Below are positions 18,666 to 29,219 of a DNA stretch of 64,000 nucleotides, piece after piece. Each line of letters begins with the position of its first letter. Within the stretch, counting starts at the first letter, position 1. Source of the DNA: Lentisphaeria bacterium. Its GTDB lineage: Bacteria > Verrucomicrobiota > Lentisphaeria > JABSQK01 > JAWLHB01. The notes beneath the pieces were generated by a model, which did no database searches, was not told the DNA's origin, and saw only the letters and a program-made list of their open reading frames with translations. The stretch covers positions 1 through 64,000 of the forward strand of contig JAWLHB010000001.1 of assembly GCA_041690595.1 (NCBI GenBank), in the 5' to 3' direction. The translations under genes were made by a program, and so were the position numbers.

Positions 18666-19685
18666 GTGAAATATATCGAGTGCCGGGGAACCCCCAGGCA
18701 AATGGGGCGCCAGTATGGAGAGGACGCTCGAGAGGAAATCCGCCTCGACTTGGCCATGCGCTCAAAGCAATGGCAAAGCATGAACCCACGGAAGGCCGCG
18801 GAAAGAATCGAACAGGTGCTGCGGCGCTTCGTGCCCGAGGTGTTGGATGAACTGGAGGGCCTGGCCGAGGGCGCCGACGTCGAGCTTGCCCAGGTGTTGC
18901 TGGCCAACCATGTCGACACGTTTGGTGACGATGACCGTTGCACTCTGGTCATGCTCAACGATTCCCCGGAAGGCGTGATTGTGGCCAAAAACAATGATGG
19001 TCCGCCACATGAGAAGAATCCGTTCGTCATTAGAAAATGCACCCCGGATACCGGTATTCCCTTTGTCCATGTCACCTACGCCGGGTGGCTTTGTGGACTG
19101 GACGCCATGAACGCCGCCGGTCTGGCCAACACCCATGGCTCCGTAGGATCGAAATTTGATAAATCGGGCGACCGGGTCGACATTCGGCTCTACGCCTATC
19201 ATCTGATGCGCGTCTGCCGCTCGACCGCCGACTTTGTCGAAAAGCTAACCAACGGCGTTCCGCTCACCGGCAAGGGGTTCAGCATCGCCGTCGGTGATCG
19301 GAGCGGCGAGACCGTCATGCTCGACGCGGCGATACCGTTCGTGTCGGCCAGGGACAGGAACAAGCCGTTCAGCTACTCCACCAATCTCTATCATGCGCCC
19401 GGTTTGGAAAATGCCGACGCGCGTCCGCCCGAGAAACGCCATATCTGCGTTTTCAGGAACGGCTATCTGCGCTGGGTCGAATCCGAACGGCCACCACATG
19501 ATCTTGCCGACATCAAGCAGATACTGGCCAGCCACGAGCCTTGGGCGCCATGCCGACATGGCGGCGCGCACAGCTCCAACACCCTTTGGTCGATGATCAA
19601 TCTGCCCCAGTCTGGAATAGTCTTGCTGGCGACGGGCGCCCCATGCCAAAGCGAATACCATGAGTATCCCCTCCAACCAGAATAA
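18666..19685 (+). CDS. C45 family Ntn-hydrolase/acyltransferase
   Basis: GTPRQMGRQYG, ELEGLAEGA, autocleavage-type CT followed by KNND, MNAAGL. Confidence 0.85.
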   Translation: MKYIECRGTPRQMGRQYGEDAREEIRLDLAMRSKQWQSMNPRKAAERIEQVLRRFVPEVLDELEGLAEGADVELAQVLLANHVDTFGDDDRCTLVMLNDSPEGVIVAKNNDGPPHEKNPFVIRKCTPDTGIPFVHVTYAGWLCGLDAMNAAGLANTHGSVGSKFDKSGDRVDIRLYAYHLMRVCRSTADFVEKLTNGVPLTGKGFSIAVGDRSGETVMLDAAIPFVSARDRNKPFSYSTNLYHAPGLENADARPPEKRHICVFRNGYLRWVESERPPHDLADIKQILASHEPWAPCRHGGAHSSNTLWSMINLPQSGIVLLATGAPCQSEYHEYPLQPE

Positions 19686-19809
19686 AACGATCTTCTGAGT
19701 GGACCGCGGGGAGGGATCAGATCCTGAAATTCAACAGCTATCCGCACCGTGAACAGTAGTGAACCGGTGGGAACAGAAGCGGCATTTGCCGCGAATCAGC
19801 CTGAAAAGA

Positions 19810-19886
19810 TGGTGGAGCATATCGGAGTCGAACCGATGACCTCTACACTGCCAGTGTAGCGCTCTAGCCAGCTGAGCTAATGCCCC
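19810..19886 (-). tRNA. tRNA-Ala(GGC)
   Basis: Reverse complement GGGGCATTAGCTCAGCTGGCTAGAGCGCTACACTGGCAGTGTAGAGGTCATCGGTTCGACTCCGATATGCTCCACCA: cloverleaf, anticodon GGC, G3:U70 pair, encoded CCA. Confidence 0.97.
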
Positions 19887-19965
19887 ACGTTTTCGGCTGA
19901 GGGTAAAAAGTACTACGCCTTGGACGCTTTGCAAATGGCCAAAATGAGAAATTCGAGGAAAAAAG

Positions 19966-20631
19966 CTACTGCCCGACCAGATCGTCGACGCTGATGTAGT
20001 AGTTGCGATAAAGCTTGGTGAGTTCCTCTTCCATTTCCTCGGTGGAGAAGACGTGCTCGGCAAGATCGTCGTAGTCGGCGCGGGTCAGCGCCAGGGAGTA
20101 TTCGGGCTGCCCCTTGTCGCGATCGTAGGCAAGGAAGACGATGGCGTCGTCGTCGCTGTTGCCGAAGTCGAAAAAGAGCTGGTGGCGGACGGGATCGAGG
20201 TCGTCGTTGTGCTGATAGAGCTGGTACTTGATGTACTCGATGATGCGATCGTCGTACTCGAACTGATGGAGGGCGATCTTCTCGATGAAGCTGTTGCGGC
20301 TCACCGCCAGGCGGCAGGTGGGCTTGTCGATCTCATCCAACTCGGCGAAGATCTGGTCGTACAGCTCCTGCATCTGGCGGATGGCATCGTCGACGCTGAC
20401 GACGATGGAGCGAGGCAGGTAATAGACGAGGAAGCGGTCGGCATCGTCGCGATAGAGAAGCGGGGTTTCAAAGAGGAAGCTGCGCTCGCACTCCGGACAG
20501 ACAAGCCGGTTGAGGGCGCCTTCGAAAAGCTCGTCGACGCTGGTGGTGCCTTCGTTGATGACGCTGACCGGCTCGGCGACGACGGTAGCCTGGCAGTAGG
20601 GGCAGGAAATGGGATCGGGGGTAGATGGCAT
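19966..20631 (-). CDS. CpXC domain-containing protein
   Basis: ISCPYC...LFEGALNRLVCPEC...PLLYRD; likely ATG at 20631. Confidence 0.8.
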   Translation of the reverse strand: MPSTPDPISCPYCQATVVAEPVSVINEGTTSVDELFEGALNRLVCPECERSFLFETPLLYRDDADRFLVYYLPRSIVVSVDDAIRQMQELYDQIFAELDEIDKPTCRLAVSRNSFIEKIALHQFEYDDRIIEYIKYQLYQHNDDLDPVRHQLFFDFGNSDDDAIVFLAYDRDKGQPEYSLALTRADYDDLAEHVFSTEEMEEELTKLYRNYYISVDDLVGQ

Positions 20632-20775
20632 GGAGAAATCGTCGGTTGTGGGGCGGATTGGTTTCAATTCACGCGGCGAAGGAGTAAGGTAGAGAGCCTG
20701 AAAACGGTTACCATACATGCAAATAGCCGTGCTGCCACCGTTGCCGCGCGGCTCTGTACCGGAGCGCTCCCAGAT

Positions 20776-21267
20776 ATGCGGCTGATCCTACTGCTTTTCC
20801 TCTCCTTTACCTTGATCCCTGTCCTCGAGCTGATCCTGCTTTTCAAGGTTGCGGACCTGACGAGCGGCATGCTGACCTTCATGATCGTGATCTTCACCGG
20901 TCTGCTGGGGGCGGCGCTGGCCAAGATGGAGGGCATCGCCTCCTGGCAGCGGATTCGTGCCGCGCTGCGGCAGGGGCAGCTGCCGGGGAACGAGCTGGTG
21001 CAGGGAGTCCTGATCCTGATTGCCGGGGTGCTGCTGGTCACGCCCGGCTTCATGACCGATATCGTCGGCTTTACGCTGCTCATTCCCTTCACCCGGCGCT
21101 ACCTGTCGCATCGGCTGCTCCAGCACTTCAAAAACCGGCTGCATCTCTCTACAAGTAGCTTTGCCTCGTCCTTTCAAGCAGGCGGAATGCCCCCTCGACC
21201 GGAGCGGCGCACGACGGTCGAGGATATCGAGGCAGAGCGGATTGACGACGATGACGAGCGCCCCTGA
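20776..21267 (+). CDS. fxsA: FxsA family membrane protein
   Basis: IPVLELILL, TGLLGAALAKMEG, AGVLLVTPGFMTDIVGFTLLIP. Confidence 0.9.
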   Translation: MRLILLLFLSFTLIPVLELILLFKVADLTSGMLTFMIVIFTGLLGAALAKMEGIASWQRIRAALRQGQLPGNELVQGVLILIAGVLLVTPGFMTDIVGFTLLIPFTRRYLSHRLLQHFKNRLHLSTSSFASSFQAGGMPPRPERRTTVEDIEAERIDDDDERP

Positions 21268-21270
21268 AGA

Positions 21271-21657
21271 TCATTCGTCGCGATAGCCTTCCATCAGTTC
21301 CAGGCGATTGCCATCCGGATCGTTGAAGAAGCAGACGCGCATGCCGGGAAGGTGCCTGGCGCAATCGATGACCGACTCCGGAACGATGCCGTCCCGACGC
21401 AGGGCGGCGACGGCGGCATCGATGTCGTCAACCTCGAATGCCAGGTGCTTGAAGCCGACGGTTTGTTCGCCCCCGGTGGCACTCTGGCCGGCCGTGAAGA
21501 GCTCCAGGCAGGTGGAGCCCAGGCGGAGCAGGGCAAACTCATTGTCGGCGCCGCGATTGAAGACGCGGGCGCGCCGGAAACCGAAGTGCCGGGTATAGAA
21601 GTTTTCGGTGGCGAGACGGTCCTGGCAGTTGAGGGCAATGTGTTGAACGGCGGGCAT
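21271..21657 (-). CDS. VOC/glyoxalase family protein
   Basis: QHIAL, LELF, FKHLAFEVDDID, FFNDPDGNRLELME. Confidence 0.9.
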   Translation of the reverse strand: MPAVQHIALNCQDRLATENFYTRHFGFRRARVFNRGADNEFALLRLGSTCLELFTAGQSATGGEQTVGFKHLAFEVDDIDAAVAALRRDGIVPESVIDCARHLPGMRVCFFNDPDGNRLELMEGYRDE

Positions 21658-21673
21658 GAATTGGATTCCGTAA

Positions 21674-22342
21674 TCAAATCGGGGTTGAGGTTGTCCAGAC
21701 GGTGGAGCCGTCAGGGGCGGCGGCGTTACGATAGGTGGGGATCATGGACCAGCGATCGCGCCCTTGGGGATTGGGGTGGGAAGAGTGGGGCAGCAGATCG
21801 TGAAAGAAGATGGCGTCGCCCGGCTCCAGGACGCAGTCGATGATCTCGCCGGGGGGAAGCATGTCGGCCGTCAGGCGATTCTCGAAGGCGTTGTCGTCAT
21901 CGGGTTTGACATGGTCGATGAAGGCCCGATGACCGCCATCGACGACGCGCAGGCAGCCGTTTTCGGGCGTGGCGGGATCCATGGCAATCCAGATGGAGAG
22001 CTTGTGCACGGCTCCTTTCCAGTAGGCATAATCCTGGTGCCAGGGACTGGCAAAGCGGACCTTCCCGGACTTGAGGACGGGTTTGGCGCTGAGGAACTCC
22101 GCCGGCTCGCCGATCATGGCTTTGACCGGCTCCGCAAGGGTGGGGCGGGTGAAGGCACGCAGAAAATACTCGGGTATGCTGTCGAGGAACCAGACATGAA
22201 CGCCGGAGCCGGAGGCTGTCGCTTCGACGCACTCGGCCACGTTGCGTTTCCATTCCGCCATCTCGGCTGCTGAGTAGAGCCCGCGCAGGATGACAAAACC
22301 ATGGGTGTCGTACTCTGCCGCCAGGTGGGAGTAGTCCGTCAT
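21674..22342 (-). CDS. Phytanoyl-CoA dioxygenase (PhyH) family Fe(II)/2-oxoglutarate enzyme
   Basis: PWHQDYAYW, WIAMDPATPENGCLRVV, LEPGDAIFFH..LPHSS.PN...R. Confidence 0.9.
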   Translation of the reverse strand: MTDYSHLAAEYDTHGFVILRGLYSAAEMAEWKRNVAECVEATASGSGVHVWFLDSIPEYFLRAFTRPTLAEPVKAMIGEPAEFLSAKPVLKSGKVRFASPWHQDYAYWKGAVHKLSIWIAMDPATPENGCLRVVDGGHRAFIDHVKPDDDNAFENRLTADMLPPGEIIDCVLEPGDAIFFHDLLPHSSHPNPQGRDRWSMIPTYRNAAAPDGSTVWTTSTPI

Positions 22343-22367
22343 CTTTCATCTCTCCTTGTTGGGTGAA

Positions 22368-24752
22368 TCAGGCGAGTTGGACAATGGTCGCTCCTCCTCC
22401 GCCTGGATCTTTCGAGGTAACACCGAGGCGGAAGCCCAGGACCACAGCGTTACCTGCGAGGTGTTCGTGTATGCCTTTGCGCAATTGGCCGGTGCCGAAA
22501 CCATGTATGATGCGCACCTGATCGAGGCCGGATAGCAGCGCCTCGTCGAGAAATCGATCGACCCGCGGCAACGCTTCTTCCACCCGCAGCCCGATGACGT
22601 TCAGCTCCTGCGCCACCTGCTGCGACGAGGCGGGGCGATGCACCCGCACCTGGTTCTCGACCGTCGGCTTCGCCAAGCTCTCTTTGGCCGGCATGAGCTG
22701 GTTCGTCTTCAGTTCAAAACGTTTGCCGCCGACGTTTATCGTGCCGCGCTTTTTGTCCGCGGTAAGCGAGAGGATCTCGCCATGGTCGTTGAGGACCGGT
22801 ACCCAGACGCGCAGCCCTTCCGCCAGGTCACTTTCCTTGAGGCGCGCGGTGACTTTGGGCGCGGTCTCTTCGGCCCCCTTTTGCAGATTCTCCCGCTTGC
22901 GCTGGATGGTCTGGCGAAGCTCCTTGGCCTGCTCGCCTTTGCCGACAGTCTTGGCCTTGTCGAGCAGGTTTTCCATCTGACGGCGGGTATTGTCGACGAG
23001 GGCGCCGGCCTCGCGCTGGGCCTGGTGGAGGAGCTGCTTTCGTTCCTTGCGCAGCGTGATCAGTTCCTCGCGCAGTTCATCGCGTTCGCGCAGCGCCTTT
23101 TCGCGGGCGGCTTCGGCGGTGGCAAGCCCTTCCGCGATCGAACGCTCCTTCTCTTCGATACTGGCCAGCATCTCTTCCATCCCGAGATGGTCGCTAGATA
23201 GCCGTGACCGGGCTTTGGCCAGCACCTCACCGTTGATGCCGCAGCGCTCGGCGATGCTGAGCGCGTGACTGGCGCCGGGACGGCCGACCTCGAGCACGTA
23301 CTCCGGTTGCAGCGTCTCCCGGTTGAAACGGACGTGCGCGTTGCGCATCTGCTCCTGATCGTGTACAAACGACTTGATCATGCCGAGGTGGGTCGTGAAG
23401 AAGGTCAGGGCGTCATGCTCCCGAAGCGTTTCGAGGATGGCGCAGCCCAAGGCCCCGCCTTCAATAGGATCGGTGCCGGCGCCGAGTTCGTCAATGAGCA
23501 CAAGGGTCTTGGCTTCCGCGGCTGTGCTGAGGATCGCGGAGATGTTGCGCAGATGGCCGCTGAAAGTGCTCAGGCTCTGCGCGATCGACTGTTCGTCGCC
23601 GATGTCGGCCATGATCCGCGGAAAGAAACGGAGGGTGCTGTTGGGACCGACCGGTACGGGGAGCCCGCTTTGTGCGGCGAGGGTCAGCAGGCCGATGGTC
23701 TTCAACACGATCGTCTTGCCGCCGGTATTGGAGCCGGTGATGGCAAGGACGCGCAGATCGGGATCCAACTCCAGGTCGAGGGGGACAAGCTGCTCTTCAC
23801 GTTGCGCTTCCCGAAGCTGGTGGAGGAGCAGCGGGTGCCTGGCGGACCGGAGATGCAGCTTGCTGTCGAAGCGTGGAAAGGCGCAGGCGTAGGTCTCTGC
23901 CCAGGAACTGACGCCATAGGCCATGTCGTAGCGGACGAGCTGGTCGAACATCTGCCGCAGGTTGTGCCGCTGCTGGCGCGTGAGGTCGCTGAGGGCGGCG
24001 AGGATCCGGCGGATTTCGTCCCGTTCTTCGAGGCGCACCGTCGCCAGGGCGTTGCCGTCCTCCAAAGTCAGCTCCGGCTCCATGAAGAGCGTGCGGCCGC
24101 TGTTCGACTGGTCGTGAATGACCCCCTTGATGCGCCCCTTGAGTTCGCGCTTGACTGGCACGACGTAGCGGTTGTTGCGCAGCGCCACAAACTTGTCATG
24201 GAAGGCTTCCTCCACGTCCGCATTCTGCAGCAGGCGCTCGAGTTGCTGATTGATGCGCCTCTCCAGCTGGCGAATGCTCTGCCGGATCTCCCAGAGCCGA
24301 TCGGAGGCGCGATCCTGAACATTGCCCTTGTCGTCGAAGGTGCGGTCGAGCCGCTCGCGGAAGGGGGGATCGTCAGGCGTGGCTTCGGCAAAGCCGACAA
24401 GTACGGCCTGCCTGGAACAGCTCTCGTTACGCAGAAAGCCGCGAACGGCTTCGGCTTCCTGCAGCAGGCGGCGAAGGATGAGAAAATGCTCGCTGTCGAG
24501 AATGGCGCCGTGGGGAATGACCCGTTGAAGTGCCTCTTCCGGCGAGTCGAACTCGACACGGCGCACGGTGATGCCGGTGTCGCGAAGGATGACGAAGGCT
24601 TCGTAGAGATCGCGCTCCTTCATGGCGTCGAGCTGACGCGCGGCGGGGCGCAGGCCGCGGAGGCGTTCGCGTGCGGGCTCAGTCGCGGCGTAGCTCGCGA
24701 TCAAGTCAAGCAGTTGATGGTATTCGAGAGTGCGAAGCGTATGATCGTTCAT
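22368..24752 (-). CDS. mutS2: Endonuclease MutS2
   Basis: ITGSNTGGKT, DIGDEQSIAQSLSTFSGH, DELGAGTDP, C-terminal Smr domain IIHGFGTG. Confidence 0.95.
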   Translation of the reverse strand: MNDHTLRTLEYHQLLDLIASYAATEPARERLRGLRPAARQLDAMKERDLYEAFVILRDTGITVRRVEFDSPEEALQRVIPHGAILDSEHFLILRRLLQEAEAVRGFLRNESCSRQAVLVGFAEATPDDPPFRERLDRTFDDKGNVQDRASDRLWEIRQSIRQLERRINQQLERLLQNADVEEAFHDKFVALRNNRYVVPVKRELKGRIKGVIHDQSNSGRTLFMEPELTLEDGNALATVRLEERDEIRRILAALSDLTRQQRHNLRQMFDQLVRYDMAYGVSSWAETYACAFPRFDSKLHLRSARHPLLLHQLREAQREEQLVPLDLELDPDLRVLAITGSNTGGKTIVLKTIGLLTLAAQSGLPVPVGPNSTLRFFPRIMADIGDEQSIAQSLSTFSGHLRNISAILSTAAEAKTLVLIDELGAGTDPIEGGALGCAILETLREHDALTFFTTHLGMIKSFVHDQEQMRNAHVRFNRETLQPEYVLEVGRPGASHALSIAERCGINGEVLAKARSRLSSDHLGMEEMLASIEEKERSIAEGLATAEAAREKALRERDELREELITLRKERKQLLHQAQREAGALVDNTRRQMENLLDKAKTVGKGEQAKELRQTIQRKRENLQKGAEETAPKVTARLKESDLAEGLRVWVPVLNDHGEILSLTADKKRGTINVGGKRFELKTNQLMPAKESLAKPTVENQVRVHRPASSQQVAQELNVIGLRVEEALPRVDRFLDEALLSGLDQVRIIHGFGTGQLRKGIHEHLAGNAVVLGFRLGVTSKDPGGGGATIVQLA

Positions 24753-24866
24753 GGTCTGGGAAGGTCACTGGGGCTGCAAGGTTTGCTCTTGCCAACAATA
24801 TAGCCGGAACCGCCGGTCACAAGCACCTCGTCGGACTCTCGCTTCCCCGGAGAGCCTGCCTGGGCC

Positions 24867-25643
24867 CTACAGGCGGACAATGTCGCCGACCCCCTCGAGG
24901 ATGTGGCCGGGGCGGTAACCGAAGCGATGCAGATCCTCGCGCTTGGCGACTCCGGAAAGTACCAGCACGGTCTCGATTTCCGCCTCGATGCCGGCGAGGA
25001 TGTCCGTGTCCATGCGATCACCGACGATGACGGTCTCCTCGCGGCGGCACTCGAGCCGCTTGAGCGCGTGCCGCATCATCAGCGGATTCGGTTTGCCAAC
25101 TGCGTAGCCCTTGCAGCCGGTCGCCAGCTCGATGGGGGCAATGAGGGCACCGGTGGCCGGGACGATGCCTTTCTCCGTAGGGCCGGTCAGATCCGGATTG
25201 GTGGCAATCAGCTTGGCGCCGTTGAGGACGAGATGTACCGCCCGCTCGATCTTCTCATAATTGTAGGCGCGGCTCTCCCCGACGACCACATAGTCGGGAT
25301 TGACATCGTTCATGGCGAAGCCGACATCGTACAAGGCATTGGTCAATCCAGCCTCACCGATTACATAGGCGGTGCCGCCGGGACACTGGCTCTGAAGGAA
25401 GGCGGCCGTCGCCAGGGCGCTGGTGTAGAAGTGTTCTCCCTCCAGCTTGATGCCCAGACGCCCCATCTTCTGCTGCAGCTCCCTCGGAGAGCGTTCACTG
25501 CTGTTGGTCAGGAAAACAAAGCGTTTCCCGTTGTCCTTGAGCCAGTCTACAAATTCGGCGACCCCGGGAAGGAGATGATTTCCATGGTAGACAACCCCGT
25601 CCATGTCGCAGATGAAGGCTTTTTTCGCGCGCAGAGAATCCAT
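24867..25643 (-). CDS. HAD-IIA (NagD-like) phosphatase
   Basis: DMDGV, LTNSS, TNPD, GKPNP, GDRMDTDI; likely ATG at 25643. Confidence 0.92.
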   Translation of the reverse strand: MDSLRAKKAFICDMDGVVYHGNHLLPGVAEFVDWLKDNGKRFVFLTNSSERSPRELQQKMGRLGIKLEGEHFYTSALATAAFLQSQCPGGTAYVIGEAGLTNALYDVGFAMNDVNPDYVVVGESRAYNYEKIERAVHLVLNGAKLIATNPDLTGPTEKGIVPATGALIAPIELATGCKGYAVGKPNPLMMRHALKRLECRREETVIVGDRMDTDILAGIEAEIETVLVLSGVAKREDLHRFGYRPGHILEGVGDIVRL

Positions 25644-25825
25644 CGGGCAGCCTTTGGCAATCGGTGATAGCAGAAAAGAGAGCCATACTATAGTCAACTT
25701 GATGGAAAAAGACACAGAGTCGCGGGTGATGCGTGCATTCCGGCCATGACAAGCGCTTCAAGCATAGTATAGTAAGCGTTTGCTCTGCCAGCGCTACCGT
25801 CAACCTCTGAAGGATCTGGAGTTCT

Positions 25826-27409
25826 ATGCATCCCCGCGTACGCTTTGCGCCGTCGCCCACCGGCAATGTTCATATCGGCAATATTCGCACGGCCATCTTC
25901 AACTGGCTGTTTGCGCGGCACGAAGGAGGAGCTTTCCTGTTGCGGATCGAGGATACCGATCGCCTGCGTTCCACCCAGGAAGCCATCGACAATCTGCTGC
26001 ATGTCATGGACTGGCTTGGGCTGGATCATGACGAGGAGCCGTTGTACCAGAGCGCCCGCCGGGCCACGCACCTGGCTGCAGCGGAGGCGCTGGTGAAAAA
26101 GGGCGCCGCCTACAGCCATGGCAAGGGGCAGGAGGGCGAGGCGATTCTCCTGCGCATTCCGCTCGATCTGGATGGCTTGTCCTTTGTCGAGGCCGCGGGT
26201 GAAGAAAGCGCTGAACTGTACGGTGATGAAGCGGTGACGATTGATGCATCCGGGCTCAATTACCACCTTGTCAGCAAGAAGGGCAAGGGAGTGCCGCAGG
26301 CTGGCTGCCTGGCCGGTTTTCAGCATCTGCGCCTCTTCGACGCGGCGGGTGCCTGCATCTTCAATCTGGATGAACACCGCGAGACTATTCTCGGTGGCGA
26401 GAGCGTGACCGTTGCGGCGGCGGCTCGCATGAGTTGGCACCGCCATCTGGTGGTCTTCAATGATCTCATCAAGGGCCGGCTGGCAAAACCGATCGACAGC
26501 CTCAAGGACTTCGTGATTGTGCGCAGCGATGGCTCTCCCGTCTTTCATCTGGCCAATGTCCTCGATGACATCGAGCAGACGATCACCCACATCATTCGTG
26601 GAGACGACCACGTCGAAAACACCTACCGGCACATGTTCATCTATCACGCGCTCGGGGTTGAGCCGCCCAGCTACGGGCATCTGCCGATGATCGTCAACGA
26701 GCAGGGAAAGCCCTACAGCAAGCGCGATGGCGATGCCTACGTGGGCGATTTTCGCGCCAAAGGGTACCTGCCCGAAGCTCTCTTCAATTTCCTCACGCTC
26801 CTTGGCTGGTCGCCAGGCGACGACACCGAGAAGATGACGCGAGAGGAGCTTGCCCAACGTTTCATGCTCGACCGCGTCAAGAGTTCGGCGGCGCAATTCG
26901 ATCATAACAAGCTGGACAACCTGAACGCGCAGTACATCGCGGAGTTGCCGCTCGACCGTTTCATCGAGCTTGCGGAAGGGCATCTTCCCGCCACCATGCC
27001 GAAAGAGAGCATCGACAGGGCCTATTTCCGGCAGGTTGCCGAGTTGATGCAGACGCGCACGAAGAATCTGACGGCCATCGCGGATTGGGCTTACTTCTTT
27101 CAGGATGTACCGGCTTACGACGAGAAGCAGGTGCGGAAGAATCTTCAGGCCCCGGGCGTTGGCGAAGCACTTTCGATGGTCAGGGAGCGTTTGCTGGCAA
27201 CGGACTTCAGCTTGCCGGCAATCGAAGCCGCCATTCATGCGACGACGGAGGCGTGCGGCATCCGGGAAGGAAAGCTGAACCAACCCCTCCGCATCGCGCT
27301 GACCGGGACCAACATCGGTGCCGGAGTCTACGAGACCGTCCATGTGCTTGGCCGCGAGCGGGTTGCACAACGGCTCGACTTCGCCGTCAGAACGTTCTGC
27401 GCCGACTAA
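25826..27409 (+). CDS. gltX: Glutamate--tRNA ligase with an atypical insertion
   Basis: [43 protein letters not shown]. Confidence 0.95.
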   Translation: MHPRVRFAPSPTGNVHIGNIRTAIFNWLFARHEGGAFLLRIEDTDRLRSTQEAIDNLLHVMDWLGLDHDEEPLYQSARRATHLAAAEALVKKGAAYSHGKGQEGEAILLRIPLDLDGLSFVEAAGEESAELYGDEAVTIDASGLNYHLVSKKGKGVPQAGCLAGFQHLRLFDAAGACIFNLDEHRETILGGESVTVAAAARMSWHRHLVVFNDLIKGRLAKPIDSLKDFVIVRSDGSPVFHLANVLDDIEQTITHIIRGDDHVENTYRHMFIYHALGVEPPSYGHLPMIVNEQGKPYSKRDGDAYVGDFRAKGYLPEALFNFLTLLGWSPGDDTEKMTREELAQRFMLDRVKSSAAQFDHNKLDNLNAQYIAELPLDRFIELAEGHLPATMPKESIDRAYFRQVAELMQTRTKNLTAIADWAYFFQDVPAYDEKQVRKNLQAPGVGEALSMVRERLLATDFSLPAIEAAIHATTEACGIREGKLNQPLRIALTGTNIGAGVYETVHVLGRERVAQRLDFAVRTFCAD

Positions 27410-27468
27410 CATGCCAGGTACCTTACGTCTCACGTCACTTACCACCACTCACTGGAAGCCGCATCACG

Positions 27469-29172
27469 ATGAGCAATGAAAGCAAGAGCAGCACGTCCCC
27501 CGAGGAAGCCCCCAGTCTAAGTTTTCTCGAGGAAATCATCGAGAACGATCTCACGTCGGGCAAGTTCGCCGGCAAGGTGCAGACGCGGTTCCCCCCTGAA
27601 CCAAACGGATATCTGCACATTGGCCACGCGAAGGCCATCGCACTGGATTTTGGCCTGGCGGAGAAGTACCAGGGCGCCTGCAATCTGCGCTTCGACGATA
27701 CAAATCCCACTCGCGAGGAGCAGGAATATGTCGATGCCATCCAGAACGATATTCGCTGGCTGGGCTTTGACTGGGAAGAGCGTCGGTTTTTTGCCAGCGA
27801 TTACTTCGAGCAGCTTTATGAGTGGGCCGTGCAACTGGTGAAGGATGGCAAAGCGTACGTCTGCGACCTTACCGCTGAGCAGATATCGGCGCACCGCGGC
27901 ACGTTGACGGAGCCCGGTACGGAGAGCCCCTTCCGCAACCGCGGCGTCGACGAGAATCTCGACCTGCTCGATCGCATGCGGAAGGGAGAGTTCGCCGATG
28001 GTTCACGGGTGCTGCGCGCCAGGATCGATATGGCTCACCCCAACATCAACATGCGTGACCCGGTGATGTATCGGATCATGCATGTGCCGCATCATCGTAC
28101 CGGCGATACCTGGTGTATCTATCCCACCTACGATTGGGCGCACGGACAGTCGGATTCCATTGAAGGCATCACCCACTCCATCTGCACCCTCGAATTCGAG
28201 AATCACCGGCCGCTGTACGACTGGTTTCTGACCCAGCTCGGGGTGCACCATCCACAGCAGATCGAGTTCGCCCGGTTCAATCTCACCTATACGGTCATGA
28301 GCAAGCGCAAGCTCCTGCGGCTCGTCAAGGAAGGGCATGTGGATGGCTGGGACGATCCGCGGATGCCCACCTTGTGCGGCATGCGTCGGCGTGGCTATAC
28401 CCCAGAGGCACTGCGAGCCTTCCTGAAGCATATCGGTGTCACCCGCGTGGAGAGCACGATCGAAACTCAGCTCTTCGACCACTTCCTGCGAAATGATCTG
28501 AACGCGCGTGCCAAGCGTGTCCTGGCCGTGCTCGACCCCATCAAGGTGGTAATCGAGAACTATCCCGCCGGCGAGGAAGAGACACTGGAGGCCGTCAACA
28601 ACCCCGAAGACGAAACGATGGGTAGCCGCCAGGTCCCCTTCTGTGGAGAGCTGTACATCGATCGGGAAGACTTCATGGAGGAGCCGCACAAGAAGTTCCA
28701 TCGTCTGGCGCCTGGGGCGGAAGTGCGCCTGCGCTATGGCTATTACATCACCTGCAGGGACGTTGTGAAGGATGAGAATGGCGCGATCGTGGAGTTGCGC
28801 TGCACCTACGATCCGGAGACGCGGGGTGGCTGGGCGCCCGATGGACGCAAGGTGAAGGGGACAATCCACTGGGTCTCCGCGCGCCATGCGGTCAAGTGTG
28901 AAGTGCGCCTTTATGAGCACCTCTTCACGGAAATCGAGCCCGAGGATCAGGCCGGGGATTTTCTGGAGTATCTCAACCCCGATTCACTCCAGATCCTCAA
29001 GGATTGCTACGTGGAACCGGCGGCGGCACAGGCTGTTGTCGGAGATCTTCTGCAATTCGAGCGAAAGGGCTACTTCTGCCTCGACTCCAAAGACGCGTCA
29101 GCCCAGCTGCCGGTCTTCAACCGGACAGTGGCGCTACGGGATTCCTGGGCCAAGATCGTCAAGAACGACTGA
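27469..29172 (+). CDS. glnS: Glutamine--tRNA ligase
   Basis: [57 protein letters not shown]. Confidence 0.95.
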   Translation: MSNESKSSTSPEEAPSLSFLEEIIENDLTSGKFAGKVQTRFPPEPNGYLHIGHAKAIALDFGLAEKYQGACNLRFDDTNPTREEQEYVDAIQNDIRWLGFDWEERRFFASDYFEQLYEWAVQLVKDGKAYVCDLTAEQISAHRGTLTEPGTESPFRNRGVDENLDLLDRMRKGEFADGSRVLRARIDMAHPNINMRDPVMYRIMHVPHHRTGDTWCIYPTYDWAHGQSDSIEGITHSICTLEFENHRPLYDWFLTQLGVHHPQQIEFARFNLTYTVMSKRKLLRLVKEGHVDGWDDPRMPTLCGMRRRGYTPEALRAFLKHIGVTRVESTIETQLFDHFLRNDLNARAKRVLAVLDPIKVVIENYPAGEEETLEAVNNPEDETMGSRQVPFCGELYIDREDFMEEPHKKFHRLAPGAEVRLRYGYYITCRDVVKDENGAIVELRCTYDPETRGGWAPDGRKVKGTIHWVSARHAVKCEVRLYEHLFTEIEPEDQAGDFLEYLNPDSLQILKDCYVEPAAAQAVVGDLLQFERKGYFCLDSKDASAQLPVFNRTVALRDSWAKIVKND

Positions 29173-29176
29173 AGCC

Positions 29177-29219
29177 GCGAGCTGTACCGGGATGAAACAT
29201 CAATCCCGGTACAGCTCGC
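29177..29219. terminator. 17-bp perfect inverted repeat between convergent genes (probable bidirectional terminator)
   Basis: GCGAGCTGTACCGGGAT (29177-93) and ATCCCGGTACAGCTCGC (29203-19), 9-nt loop, 4 bp after the glnS stop; no U-tract. Confidence 0.6.

Noticed and set aside
18666..19685. Penicillin biosynthesis (isopenicillin N acyltransferase)
   Set aside because: The C45 family is widespread; no ACV synthetase or IPNS nearby
20053..20775. Long N-terminal extensions in the ORF track (fxsA here; also glnS, mglA, exbB and the HAD gene)
   Set aside because: They overlap neighbouring genes or promoter regions; downstream ATGs match the expected family starts
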